Positions 23,115 to 34,855 are shown, numbered from the stretch's first letter. The stretch: DNA of 38,128 nucleotides from Catajapyx aquilonaris (GCA_000934665.2 JYFJ02003764.1:1-38128), one strand, 5' to 3'. The notes: generated by a model not told the origin, from the letters alone. Numbers and translations are program-made.

Positions 23115-26100
23115 CTAGCTTATTGCATAGGATACAACACTTTGTAATAACAATGAAGATGCTACCATGATGATAGAGCAGAGACGACCTCGGCCAGACA
23201 TGACTGGAAGAAGAATAGTGTATTAGCTTTGATTTTGAAAATGTTGCGAAAGACTTACCAGAAACCATCTGGACGTTAGACATGAATACAATGACAGCAA
23301 CAAAAACAACATTTGCAGGTGAATGCTTCATTTCATCATCAATCCATATCACACCCAACAGGAGGAAGAGCTTCCCAAACTGGGCAATACTAAGTCCTTT
23401 TAGCAACTGAACAATGGTGGTTGCAGTGTCATCTATTGGATTGAAAATATGTAAAAATTTGATCCAGACAAAAATTCCAGCGAAGAAGGCAGCATTCTCT
23501 GCAAAAGAAATGAAAAACACACCATAAAGAGGGTAATCCAATTGAAATGTATGTTTTAGCAATCATTATTGTTCTCTAAGATGCTTGTATTTAAGCAGTT
23601 GCTCTGGAGTGGTGACTTTCAGTAGCTTATTACCCTGCAAACTGCAGCATGCCAGAACAAGGTTGGTCAAGGGGGAAACAGATGGTAAAGGCAACGGATT
23701 CCTTAGAGTGAACTGCTGGGCCCATGGCCCCGCCCCCAAACAAACCTCTATATTATTGTCTCTATTGTATTATATGTATTTCGCCTGGCAACCTTACTGT
23801 GACTCACGGTTACAGCGACCCCATTGGTTCGCCCGGGGGGGCGTGTCTGTTCACTCTAAGAAGTCCGTAGCCTTTAGAGTTCACATCAGAATATTCCAGT
23901 GGGAATGTGCATCCAAGCTGGAGTTAGTCATAAATTACATTTTTTAAATACAACATTAGCACTTCTATGGAGAAACTATGATTGGAACTGCTAGTTACCG
24001 CTAACTTAGCAGTACCAGTGTTGGCAGTGATACTGCTAAGTTAGCAGTAACTAAAAATGGGACAAAGATTCCACCCTTTTTTTTTTTTAACTCCGTGATA
24101 GGGGAGAGCCCTTTTAGGGGGGGTGGCATACCACCATCAATTTTCTTCGATTTTTCTGACTCTTACTTCACACATGGGTGGGGCCAAGGGTAGGGATGGA
24201 AGGAAGTGGCTGTGGTCTATTTTTATGGAAACGACTCCGGAATTGTCCTGGGGGGACCGTGGCCGTGGGAAACCACAGAAAGCCACGGTCAGGGTCGCCG
24301 GCCCTGGGATTTGAACCCAGGACCTCCCGATTATCAGGCGGACTCCATATCCACTACACCAACCTGCTTCGGTTAAAAATTCAACCCTATGACTATAAAT
24401 TGTACTAGAAAAACCCTCGCTACACTCGAATTTTTCTATGGTGCAGGCATAGAAAACCGCTCGCTTCGCTCATGTTCTTCTAAGACTGCGGTGGACACCG
24501 CACGTTTAATCGCTTCCAACTTATAGTCAGTGATGATGCCCATTCCCTCAATCATATGCGTACTCATCACCCCCACCCGTTCCTCCGTCCGTGATTTCTT
24601 ACTGATGTCTGTGATCCTGAACTACCTGCGAACCCTCTGAAATCCCACCTTTGCACTGGCTGGGAAATAAGCATTTACCAACCTTTGGCCTACGAATAGC
24701 CTCGGCTATCAGAACACGTCCTCCAACGTGACTTTCCAAGAACGACCTGTTTATTGAATGTCAGTGGTGCCAACCACCCAACAATATAGGGATGGGTGGA
24801 TGCAACAGGGTCAGGGTGTAGAATGGAGCATCGTGAGTGGGACGAAGTCAGGCGCGGATGTGCAGTTGTTGTTGGGTTGGTGGGGAGGGAGCGAAATGTT
24901 GACCCTATGGCCGACAGAGACAGAATGGTACGTTAGAGACATTGTTTACACCCTGTTGCGGGCCAATAGGAATGTGGTGGTAACAACATGCGGCGGACCA
25001 ATCAGAGGGCTTATGCAAACACCCCAAGCATTTTAATAGTATACAGGGTGTTCCAGAGTTGACGACTCACTCTTTGAAACGCAATTACTTTCGAACGGAA
25101 CAACATATTTATTTAAAGTACGTACCAAAACATCAAGGGAAGGTGCGAAAATCTTCCATGGAGGTGGCAGTACTAAAGCAATGCTCAGGTCTTGCAACAA
25201 AAATGGCCGAAGCAAGACTGTCGTTGGAGAAACGTGTCCAGTGTGTTCGACTGTATTCAGTGACAAAAAATGTTACAGAAGTGTGCCGTCAAATGACAAA
25301 CCTTTTAGGTGGACCGGCTCCTACCCGAAAAACTGTTGCGAGGATAAACCAACGGTTCGATGAAACTGGAAGTGTCTTGGATCAAAATAACCCCAGCAAA
25401 GGGAAAACAGTTGTGAATGCAGAAAACAAACAGCGCATCCGAGATGCACTGGAAAGTTCTCCAGCAAAAGCAAAATCAGTCCGATGCCTGTGGGGTTATC
25501 TGAAGGAAAAGGTTTACCAGTATTACCACCATCGAATCGGCTCCCTGGAGCATCTGGGTGACATAATCACACAGGAGTTCAACGCGATCCCTGTTGACTT
25601 CTGTCGGAAGGTGTGCGACAACGTCGCCTTGCGATTGCAGGCCTGTATCGACGTGGAAGGGGGGGTGGTTGACCATACCATGGAGAACAGGTCTTAAGTT
25701 AGTATTTCCTTGATGTTTTGGTGCATACATTAAATAAATATGTTATTCCGTTCAAAAGTAATTGCGTTTCAAAGAGTGAGTCGTTAACTCTGGAACACCC
25801 TGTAGATGGGAAACATCACATCATTTTTTCATAGTGATATATGCTATAAAATAAGGCTTCAACTACCAGGTTAGACCTAGAACCTTGTACACAGATCCCG
25901 TTTTAGTATATGGTCAAAGAAAACAGTGCCCAATGGCATGCTGCCACAGCAGACTGACCAAATTGTATTTTCTGAAAGGATCAGTAACATTGGTTTGGCC
26001 TGGATGGGACACGGTCATTTCCTGTTGGGGCCCCAGGGTCCTGGCCCTCAGTCCTCTCCCCTTTCCCCAACGACCCAGGGCCTCCGTGTTTTTTTCTTTC

Positions 26101-27134
26101 TGAAATGTATCTAACATGAAGTCAGAATACCTGCATTCAACATTGAGCAATCAACAGTTAGTTTAGTAATTTAGTTACAAGCAATTGGACACATTACGTA
26201 GTTGCTTTGAACTGTTCAAACTTGGTTCCCCGCCTCCCCTTCAGGACGTCCTGGCCCGGGCCCTTTGGGGTCCAAGCCGACACTGAGGATCAGACCGATG
26301 ATGACTTGTGTGATATTGGCCAAAAGCTGCATATGTAATTTGCATGTGAGACAACAACTGTGTCTTAGCATGTTGCTCATGTGAGAAAATGGTAAGCACT
26401 GGCAGTCAACAGAGGGGCTAACAAGGCTCTACTTCAAATGTGGCACAAAAAGTTCAAATTTTCACTGGGCAATTTTTTAGGATGACAAAGGATTCATGAT
26501 TATACCTATAATGCAGTAGAAGGAGACCAAGTAGAAACTGAGCTCCAATTCGATGAATTCTGGTTGGTAGTGGCGCCACCGGGCAAAAGTCTCACATACT
26601 ATGAAAGCCATGGCCAGCTTCCAATATGATGGTATATTGTCATTGAAGAGAAGATGACGATAAGCTTCTAACTTCTGCAGCACTAAGTCAATCATGACAA
26701 TGACTGGATCATACTCGATGTACTTATCAACAAGCTGGTGGCAACCATTCTGAAATAAAGGAAATATGAAGATTCAAAAATCTGTACTTATTCTTCGGCA
26801 CAATTGCACCACTGCAGATAGGTAATCTACTCAGGATTTAACAAATGCTATTCAATCAAGTTGCTACTCTTGGACCCAATTACTAACAATATATTGCAAC
26901 ACAAAGCTTCCATGCCATGCTATTCACTTGATGTTCACTGAACATTCATGTATTACAGAAATCAATGTCATTGGTGGGTCAATACTCCTAGTTCTTATAG
27001 TACCAATAGCAGCATAGTACACGTCTGCTTACGCATTCGGTCAGCCGGAGCACACTAGAACTATACTTCTTGAACAGTTCCGGCGTCTTCATCCCGCAAC
27101 AGACACACCTGTATGTGTCCGAAGAGGCCGCCAT
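23115..27134 (-). CDS. ARV1: Protein ARV1 (ER membrane sterol/GPI homeostasis protein), 224 aa
   Basis: Exons 27134-27033, 26749-26506, 23498-23259 and 23203-23115, all GT..AG with consistent phase. Arv1 homology domain YRCVCCG...LFKKYSSSVLRLTECNGCHQLVDKYIEYDPVIVMIDLVLQKLEAYRHLLFN, followed by hydrophobic helices. Confidence 0.95.
24078..24373 (-). mobile_element. tRNA-derived SINE
   Basis: Minus strand: A box TGGTGTAGTGG, B box GGGTTCAAATCCC, body, poly-A tail. Imperfect TSD AAGATTCCACCCT / AAAATTCAACCCT. Confidence 0.85.
25044..25802 (+). mobile_element. Internally deleted Tc1/mariner-superfamily transposon
   Basis: TA TSD and about 70-bp TIRs (CAGGGTGTTCCAGAGTT.ACGACTCACTCTTTGAAACGCAATTACTTT...); contains a transposase ORF. 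Confidence 0.92.
25203..25697 (+). CDS. Truncated transposase (164 aa): N-terminal HTH fused in frame to the C-terminus, DDD/E core deleted
   Basis: MAEARLSLEKRVQCVRLY...PTRKTVARINQRFDETGSV (HTH region) is joined at SVR|CLWGYLKEKVY...RLQACIDVEGG. The FSDEA, QQDGA and WPPRSPDL motifs are absent. Confidence 0.65.
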   Translation: MAEARLSLEKRVQCVRLYSVTKNVTEVCRQMTNLLGGPAPTRKTVARINQRFDETGSVLDQNNPSKGKTVVNAENKQRIRDALESSPAKAKSVRCLWGYLKEKVYQYYHHRIGSLEHLGDIITQEFNAIPVDFCRKVCDNVALRLQACIDVEGGVVDHTMENRS

Positions 27135-27385
27135 TTTGCACTGTTTGCAGAGGCTTGCAGGTGGAGCCCAGCCAGATTTCACGATTTTACCGTGATTTTC
27201 AACAACTCACTCAGAATCAAGAGAAAAATTAGCAATATGAAATATAACAATTATTTAGCCCAAGTAAAAAAGCCTTGATGCCTACGTACGCGAGTTGCAT
27301 GCGCCCAGTGTTGCCAGACGTAGAGACATTTGGGGAAAGCCAGGTGGCAACACTGCATGGCCTCAGTTGGTGGAACTGGTGGAAC
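27135..27385. promoter_or_regulatory. Probable bidirectional promoter of ARV1 and the nitrobindin gene
   Basis: Divergent ATGs separated by 251 bp. NRF1/Ewg-like TGCATGCGC at about 27296-27304 and YY1-like AAAATGGCGG over the ARV1 start. Confidence 0.55.
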
Positions 27386-30300
27386 ATGGCGGTTTCTTCA
27401 GGAGCAGGAGGATTCGCCCTCTCATGTAAAAGAACTTGTTCTGTTTCTGATATTAAACTTTAATTCACCTGCTCTGTTGCAGGATAAATTACAGCTTCAC
27501 AAGTACTCATCTGTACATTCATTTGTAGTTATTAAAGCCAAGCATGCTGACAAGCCGTGACAAGGAATCAGGCGGAATCAGGGCTTGCAGATAGGTAAGA
27601 GCACAAAACATTATTATTATTATTGATGGTTTTGTGCTCTTACCTGCTTATGTGTGGTGGATGCTCAAAATGTTGTGATAAACAAAGGGGGCCACTTTCC
27701 TATAGCCCATAGTTTCTCAAACTGTTGCTCCTGGGGGGGGGGGGGNGCGAGGGGGTGGGGAAAAATTGTAGGTGGCGACAACCCCGGTCGGTTTTATAAA
27801 ACAATGAGAAATACGGCAGTAATCAATTTATTTATTACGGCCGCTGCTGTACAGCGTGACGTCACATCCTTTCTGTATTCGAATTGACCGGCGCGGACTG
27901 GCAGATTCAGTGGTTTCAACCTGGTTGAGCAGCTTTTTAGCCTTGCGGGTTGCACTGAAAAAGGTGCTATCATGCTACACCGGAAGGGTACTGTACAACG
28001 TAGTGTACTACTGTACAGTGGTGTGTTCAGTACCCTGCCGTTGTAGCATGATAGCACCTTTTTCAGTGCAACCCGCAAGGCTAAAAACTTGTTCGACCAG
28101 GTTCAAACCACTGAATCTGCCAGTCCACACCGGTCAATTCGAATACAGAAAGGATGTGAAGTCATGCCATACGGCCGTAACATATAAATTGATTACTGCC
28201 GTATTTCTAATTGTATTATAAAACCTACCGGGGTTGTCGCCACCTACGATTTTTCCCCACCCCCTCGCGCACGCTTGACCCATGACTCTGAAACACCCTG
28301 TATAAGTGAGGGAAATTCTACAGAGAGGATCAAGGGTGCCTCACTTCTCTTATCGAATACAAAGGACCGAGCAAAGGGTTGGAATGGGGGAATTTCCTTC
28401 TACTAGTCTTGTATAGCCTATGCATGTTCTTCAGAATAGCCAACGCGGGCCTGCATATGTGTTAATTTCAAAAATCTTGCATTATGATGTAGAAAGGTAT
28501 GTTTTGTTAAGTGGGCCAATGAAGGAATCACAATGTGCAGGGCTTTCTCAGTTTTGTCCTTTTATGCAAGGTCTTTTCTGAAGCGTGGGGCCTTCCAAAG
28601 CACGGCGCCTGGGGCAGGGGCCCCTGTTGCCCTCCCCTAGGGCCGGCTCTGCAAGCAATAAGTGTCACTGCTCATAATTTTGGCACAAGCTTTATCCCTA
28701 TGACTGCTATGAGAGATTAATCCTTGGCTGATGCGGTTTCATTTCTTGTGTGCTGATGGCCAGGTGGAAGACGACTTTATTATGCATAGTGTACCGGCTT
28801 AAAATATATGGGAAGACACCCAAAGAAACATCACAAATTTATCAGAAGATGTAACATGAAATTTTTGCTCGCTACAGTTAGTTAACATCACTTCAGTTAG
28901 CCCCCAAAAGGGTCTTGTGCTCACTGGCCACAATAAATACCAATACATCTCTTCAGTAAGTTACACAGGATGTTTCGTAATGATACCACAAACTTTTAGG
29001 GAAAATTTCTTGCCATAGTGTTACGCAACAATGTAATGGTCAGTACTGCATCGTTATTGGTATACCAGAAATTGGCTTTAATTATCTGAGGCCACAGATC
29101 CAGGAACGTTTGCATTCTAACGTGCAAGATCTGGATCCAGATATTTGGTTTCTTTGTCACTGGGTAACTTGATGTGTATTTTATTTATTTATTTATTTAT
29201 TACATATCCCATTCTCTGACCTTTGGGTCATTATTAGGGGGACACATAACCGCCATTTACATTCAGTCACATAACTATGCGCTTACAGACATTTAAGAAA
29301 AACGAGTACAGTAGGAAAATTCGTTGTTTTGTTAGGTTATGAAAAACAAAAGACTGTGTGTGTTCCAGAGCAGCCCACGGACACTTATACTACGTTCTGG
29401 CGTTATCAGCTGCCGAGGGATTACGCACCGGGTTCCCACTTGAGAGCGCTACGAGACATTTCCCAAGGCTATCATGTGGCGACCCTACCGCACTAAGGCT
29501 GAACTTTACAGGTACGAAGGGGAGGGCTACATTGGGGGGCCCAACATGGCCGCTGGCGGCCATGTTGGGCCAGCATGTAGCCCTCCCCTTCGTACCTGTA
29601 AAGTTCAGCCTTAGTCCGGTAGGGTCGCCACATGATAGCCTCGGGAAATGTCTCGTAGCGATCTCTAGTGGGCACCCGGTGCGTAATCCTTCGGCAGGGG
29701 GTGGGTGGGGAGTGACCTAACCTGAGTCTTCTACAGCCGTGTTCCAGAGGGTAACTTGATGTTAGCCACGTAAAGAGAAGTTTGATAAGGTCTCTTGAGT
29801 TGGTGGTTGCATTTCCCTGCATGCTTTGATGTTATCTTGGAAAACACGTTTTATTATAATTATATTATGTTTTATCATCCCAAGTTGTTGTACTTAACTA
29901 AAAATATGAAGAGAGAGTGTTCATACTGACATGTTTTTAGGACACTTAAACTTGTATTTGAACTTTGTTCCAGTTTTGCAGCGATGCCCACTTCCACCAC
30001 CTCTAAAACCCTTGTCATGGTTGGAAGGACGTTGGAGGTGTGAGAAAGCTAGTGGCTCATATCCAACCATCAAGCCATTTGAGTATGGAGAAGAAATTCA
30101 TTTCTTCTCAGTTGGGCAACCCATTTTGTGCTACCAGGTACAACTCGAATGATACAATATGCATCACAATTGCTTCATTTTGATTACAAATGCAACATTG
30201 TAGACCAGCCCCCGCAACTCCCTATCTAGCCATATGGGGAAGGCCGTGCGCTTAGCGAGTCCCCTATCCCTGGAGCCCTGTACTAAATCCCATTTGGGCG

Positions 30301-32116
30301 GATGACTTCTGAACCGTTCTGGACTTACCTAAATCCCATCCAAGCACCAGCCAGTGACGTAGCAAGGGTTAGGAGCGCCCGGGGCGGATCTAAAATTTGC
30401 CACCCCTGCAATTACCATTTAATTTTATTAATTGCAGGCAAAAATCTTAAGATCAAAATGCTACTATTGGAAAAAGGTCAAAGTAAAGGTCATATGTTTA
30501 TTTCATATATTCATCGCCATGACAATTTTACTTTCCTTGCTTTTTGCATCTAGTGCAAATACTGACTAGAGCAAAGATGGTATCAGCGGCGTCCCAAGTG
30601 ATCCTAACGAAACTAGACATACGTAGACTAAACGTCGCAATGCGAATATTTGTCACGAAAGTAGCCCCAATTGTACTTCACAATGCCCATCTGTGGGCAC
30701 TAAACCACTGGCAAGTTTTGGACCAGATCCAGCTTCATTTCATAAAATACTACTTAAGGCTACCTAGAAATACGCCAAATTACTTAGTGTGGCTCGAGAC
30801 AGGACGTCGTCCGTTGGGCGTTTCACCGGTAAAAAAAACTTAAAGTTCCTAGTAGCGATTAAACAAATGCCAAACGATAGAGTGCCCAAACGAGCTTTCA
30901 ACTACCTAATGACCACAAAGGATTCGAAAAGTACAATAATTGGTTCACTCAGGTCCAAGACACCCTCAAAATCATGGGTATAGCGTGGGAATACTGGGAT
31001 CAATCCCAACAAGATACAATACTATGTAAGGACTTAATCAGCAAATTTATAAATAATACTATCCAGCAAGATACAGAAAGCCTAGCGAGTTCTACCGGGC
31101 ACGCATTTTATCAAGATCTCCAGCCCTCCTTTGGGGGCCAAGACTATCTGTTCGACGATCAACCATTGCACTTGACGAGGTTATTATGTTCACTACGTTG
31201 CGGAGCTCCCTACATCTATTACGAAGGGTACAAGTTGCACTGGTCCAAAAACGATCCTTGTTCACTATGCAATAGCGAGGAAGACTTCAATCTGTATCAT
31301 CTGTTTTACAGCTGCACATTTTTCAACGTACAACGTTGGTTGTTACGTAAAAGACATTCCAAAACTACCCCCAGATAAAGCACACACACTACTGCTTAAC
31401 TTGCACCCTTGCAACCAACGGATAATAGGGGCCTTCTTTAAATCGGTAATCTCTAAACTGCGGTTTTGGGACATCTTGATATGAATGTACATAGTACAAA
31501 TAAGCAATACAAACTTATGTCTCCCCCCCTCTTCACCACCCCCCTTTGCAGCTACCATGCACTTGGCATTTTTTAAAAGCTGTACACAAAGGGACCCAAG
31601 GATATGCTGTAGTGAATACTTTTGTAAAATGAAGATCCGGAGGAGCCCCCCATGTATAGGCATCTGCCTAGCTGGGTACACAAATAAAACTAAACTAAAC
31701 TAAAACTTTCCTTGCTTTTTGGGCAGCAAAATAACTAATCACACTGTCAAAATCAATTTGATTAGTCAATTCTCAATCATTTGACAATATAGCCAAATTA
31801 CCCAACCTCCAAGTGCTCATAGTGGAACGTAGATAACTTATTATTAATTTTAGCTCAAAAAGCTCCTCTTACAGCTGGCAACACTAATTCCGAATGTTAA
31901 AAAAAGCCGCAACATTATGACAATATTATTTTTCACTGCTGTGGTTTCCCACGGTCCTTCCAGGAAAATTCTGGAGTTGCTTCCATAATTAATAGGCCAC
32001 AGCTGCTTCCTTCCGTCCCTATCCTATCCCAAAGAGCGCAGTAAAATGAAAGCAAAGAGTTCCAGGCAAAACAAACTTCCCCCCTAAAGAGCCGACAGGC
32101 TGATAACGGGGTATGA

Positions 32117-32194
<78 letters not shown>

Positions 32195-34855
32195 CTCCAG
32201 ATAAGTACGGGGAAATTTGAGTCCATTGAAGGCATCCACGGTGTGAGTGCTTGTGTGTGGTCGAACATTATCATGGTGAAGAATGACATCCTTTTTCCTA
32301 GGAGCAGGCCCCTGCAGAGCTTGTCTGAGGCCCGGGGCAGGAGTCATGACCCTTCTTATAACTACATAAAAAACACGTAACCAAAACAATTGCAATTGAC
32401 CTTTGGCATTGAAGACACAAATGCACATGTTATTATGGTTAGGCGACATGGTTGGGAATGGTTGGCAAGTTAGCTGTCTAAGGCATATATAATGAAGTTA
32501 CAAGTGGGTATTCATTCTGCTGGAATTTTACATATACATTTCATATTAGCGATGTTTGCAATTTTGGTTAAAATAAATAAATATATAAATAAATACATTT
32601 AAACTTGTCTGCATGTTTTGCCTACCATTTTGAGACATCATCTACAGTAAGGGAAAAATAAATTCATATGCATATCATCAATAAATTCCCTGCGATTCAC
32701 AGTTGCAATTGCTCTGTGTAAAGTGGAGTAAAGTTATAGGCCCTAGACTCCAAAAATGTACAAAGCAGTCAATGAGATGCACCAGTAGGTCCTGATTTCA
32801 CTTGCACAAGCACAGAACAATTCGCACACCCTGAAAATGCAACCAGTCGATAGAGATATAGAAAAGAAGAAAATTGCTATAAAGCCGCACAAATAGGGTG
32901 TTGAGGAACCTAGCCCCTACTATTGCAATGTCATGGCTCCTCTTGCACACATAGCATCTTAATTAATTTGGGTTTTTAATGCAAGACAGGAGGCATTTAT
33001 AATTACACTATGTAATCAAAATCAACCTTTTTGTCCTTGGAAATTCATTGCTATTTGCATGTTCCTTAGGTCAGTGGTAACTTATAATGACCTTTCATTC
33101 TGTCTGAATTTTGTCTTAAACATTGTGGCTGTCAAAGATCCAAAGTCTTCCAAATATTGGGGTCATTCCGAATATAGTGGGCCGAAATGTTGCTTGACCC
33201 TCTCGGATTTTGGTGGAAAAAAACACAGAAATGCACACCTATTCCATAATAAGAGCTAAAACATTTCCTTCAGTGAAAAAAAGGGTAGTAAGACCTCCAT
33301 GGCAGAATGAAAGTACTGAAACAAGGCAGGCGCACATAAGACCTTCCCCAAGTGATTTAAGCTGTACCACAGGTCTTACTCAAGCAATTCTCAATTTACT
33401 GCTCATCAAGTCTCCTAGTTCTGCAAAGAGTTCCTTTAGCCACTCCATATAAGTGTGTTTTCTGAAATAAGAACTTCTATGTACTGGTATATTGAATTTC
33501 TAAGTGATTGGTGAAAATTTATGCCCTTTAAACATTTAGGCACAATATTATAATAATGGATACCCCGAGATAGGCCTCCTTGGGCCTTTTAGGGGATCAT
33601 ATTTTAATTCACCGACTTTAAACATTTGTCTGTAACGTGCTGGATTTTTAAGTGGGGGGAAACGGGAGAGCCTGACAAAATCCACGCAAACACAGAGAGA
33701 ACTCATCGAAACTCTATCCACTTAAGTATCCTCCGTCCGATCCAGGGAATGAACTCGGGACCTCAGAGGTGGAAGGGTGTAACCACTACATCACTGTGCC
33801 GCCCGCATTTATGCACAATATATAGGCTGCTATTTTATTGACTGATTTTAAATGTAATGTTTAATTTTTCACATCTATACACAAATTGGTGAATTTTCGA
33901 AGTCATTTTTTGATGGGATTCTCATAGATTGTACACTTTGAAGAGCAAAAATTTCAAAGTTTCGGAGGATGGTTTTTTTGTCTTTTTCAAAATAAGAGAC
34001 TGCTTACTGCTATAAGTATTTTGCAGTAGTACGACATACTTTTTACGGGTCATTCTGCACAATAGTTGAGAATTGCTTGAGTAAGACCTGTGGTACAGCT
34101 TAAATCAATTGGGGAAGGTCTTATGTGCGCCTGCCTTGTTTCAGTACTTTCATTCTGCCACGGAGGTCTTATTACCCATTTTTTCACTGAAGCGAATGTG
34201 TTTGATCTTATTTCAGTTCTTTTTTGATAGTAAAACTTAGATAGTACAGGTACAATAATGCTGCATTTAGCAGCATTTTAGAAATGGTGAGGAGAGTGGA
34301 GTAGGAGTTGATGGCTGTGGACTTTGGTACCATTAAAATAATGCATAGCAGTTGGCTCATCCTTTATTTATCCCCTGTTCTTAATGCACAGGCTTCCTCA
34401 TGGCATCCAGAAAAGAAGACTCCAATGCATCTGGAGTCAGGATTTCTCCGCATAAAGCCTTCAACAAACCATGTTGCTTTGATGGTGTCTCACAACTTTG
34501 GTGAGTATTGGAATTTGTGTAATTTTCTTAATTCTGATTGATATTCTTCTCATGCAGGGTTAACTACTCTGGAGGAAGGGGAACTGGATGCCTCAACTAT
34601 AAAGCTAGAATCAGTTTCCATAGGCAGGATGAGCTTTGCGAAGGATCCTGCTGTTAAGAAGGTATTGTAATATGATATGTGCAACAATGCATTTTATGTC
34701 AGATCTGACAATGAGATGTTATTTTGATTATTTTGTAGATAAGGCGAGTCTTCACTTTGAAAGGAGATGGAATGCTGGACCTGGTTCTGAGCATGGAAAC
34801 AAGTAATCAGGCAATGAAGGAGCATCTTCGTGCTACTTATAAGAAGTTGGAATGA
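27386..34855 (+). CDS. THAP4: Nitrobindin / peroxynitrite isomerase THAP4-like (heme beta-barrel only, no THAP domain), about 177 aa
   Basis: Well-supported exons 29974-30137, 34392-34500, 34558-34661 and 34739-34855. The first exon 27386-27425 is tentative (weak donor, correct phase). Motifs LKPLSWLEGRW, GSYPTIKPFEYGEEIHF..VGQP, PMHLESGFLR, GLTTLEEG, IGRMSFAK and the C-terminal EHL heme-ligand His. AATAAA at about 34896 and 34913. Confidence 0.9.
27748..28268. mobile_element. Foldback element with about 250-bp arms, next to a Tc1-like right terminus
   Basis: GAGGGGGTGGGGAAAAAT.GTAGGTGGCGACAACCCCGGT... is mirrored at about 28225-28267, with the centre at about 28010. GAAACACCCTG-TA follows at about 28290-28302. 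Confidence 0.8.
29176..29748 (-). mobile_element. Retroposon-like insertion containing a 288-bp hairpin
   Basis: 14-bp TSD GGGTAACTTGATGT (29162-29175 and 29749-29762), (TATT)n tail at the left end, palindrome at 29410-29697. Confidence 0.65.
30547..31704 (+). mobile_element. 5'-truncated LINE (RTE-X-like): frameshifted ORF2 C-terminus plus 3' UTR
   Basis: 17-bp TSD ACTTTCCTTGCTTTTTG (30530-30546 and 31705-31721), AATAAA plus (CTAAA)n tail. Peptides IQLHFIKYYLRLPRNTPNYLVWLETGRRPL and CSLCNSEEDFNLYHLFYSC (CCHC) lie in different frames. Confidence 0.85.
31934..32193 (+). mobile_element. 5'-truncated SINE with (ATT)n tail
   Basis: Body CTGTGGTTTCCCACGG..CCAGGAAAATTCTGGAGT..CCACAGC..CTTCCTTCC is homologous to the 24078-24373 SINE. 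About 25 ATT units at 32117-32193. Confidence 0.75.
32200..32300 (-). pseudogene. mariner transposase fragment
   Basis: KKDVILHHDNVRPHTS matches the mariner HDNARPH motif. Confidence 0.65.
33248..34213. mobile_element. Element with about 150-bp inverted repeats, enclosing a SINE
   Basis: 33248-33396 is the reverse complement of 34066-34213 (GGCAGAATGAAAGTACTGAAACAAGGCAGGCGCACATAAGACCTTCCCCAA...). Confidence 0.75.
33549..33812 (-). mobile_element. tRNA-derived SINE with a V-SINE-like core
   Basis: Minus strand: GGGCGGCACAGTGATGTAGTGGTTA head, B box GAGTTCATTCCC, core GAGTTT..GTTCTCTCTGTGTTTGCGTGGATTT..CTCCCGTTTCCCCCCAC. TSD GCACAATAT (33540-33548 and 33813-33821). Confidence 0.8.

Larger units (their letters stand above)
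24405..25806 (-). mobile_element. Non-autonomous Helitron-like element interrupted by a Tc1-like element
   Basis: Removing 25044-25804 restores a minus-strand 5' end A|TCTATACTATTAAAA. The 3' end is ...CGAGTGTAGCGAGGGTTTTTCTAG|T (CTAG at 24405-24408), consistent with an A|T insertion site. Confidence 0.6.

Noticed and set aside
22990..23562. 190-aa single-exon membrane protein
   Set aside because: This is ARV1 exon 3 read through flanking introns; the spliced model fits better.
24300..24373. tRNA gene (also 33740-33805)
   Set aside because: A and B boxes are present, but there is no complete cloverleaf and they are followed by a SINE body, tail and TSD.
29931..29973. ATG at 29931 as the nitrobindin start
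   Set aside because: The in-frame extension runs through a pyrimidine-rich acceptor (TTTGTTCCAG), so it is more likely intron; not fully excluded.
31933..32449. Poly-Ile and poly-Asn ORFs (also the end of 37664-37981)
   Set aside because: They are translations of (ATT)n retroposon tails.
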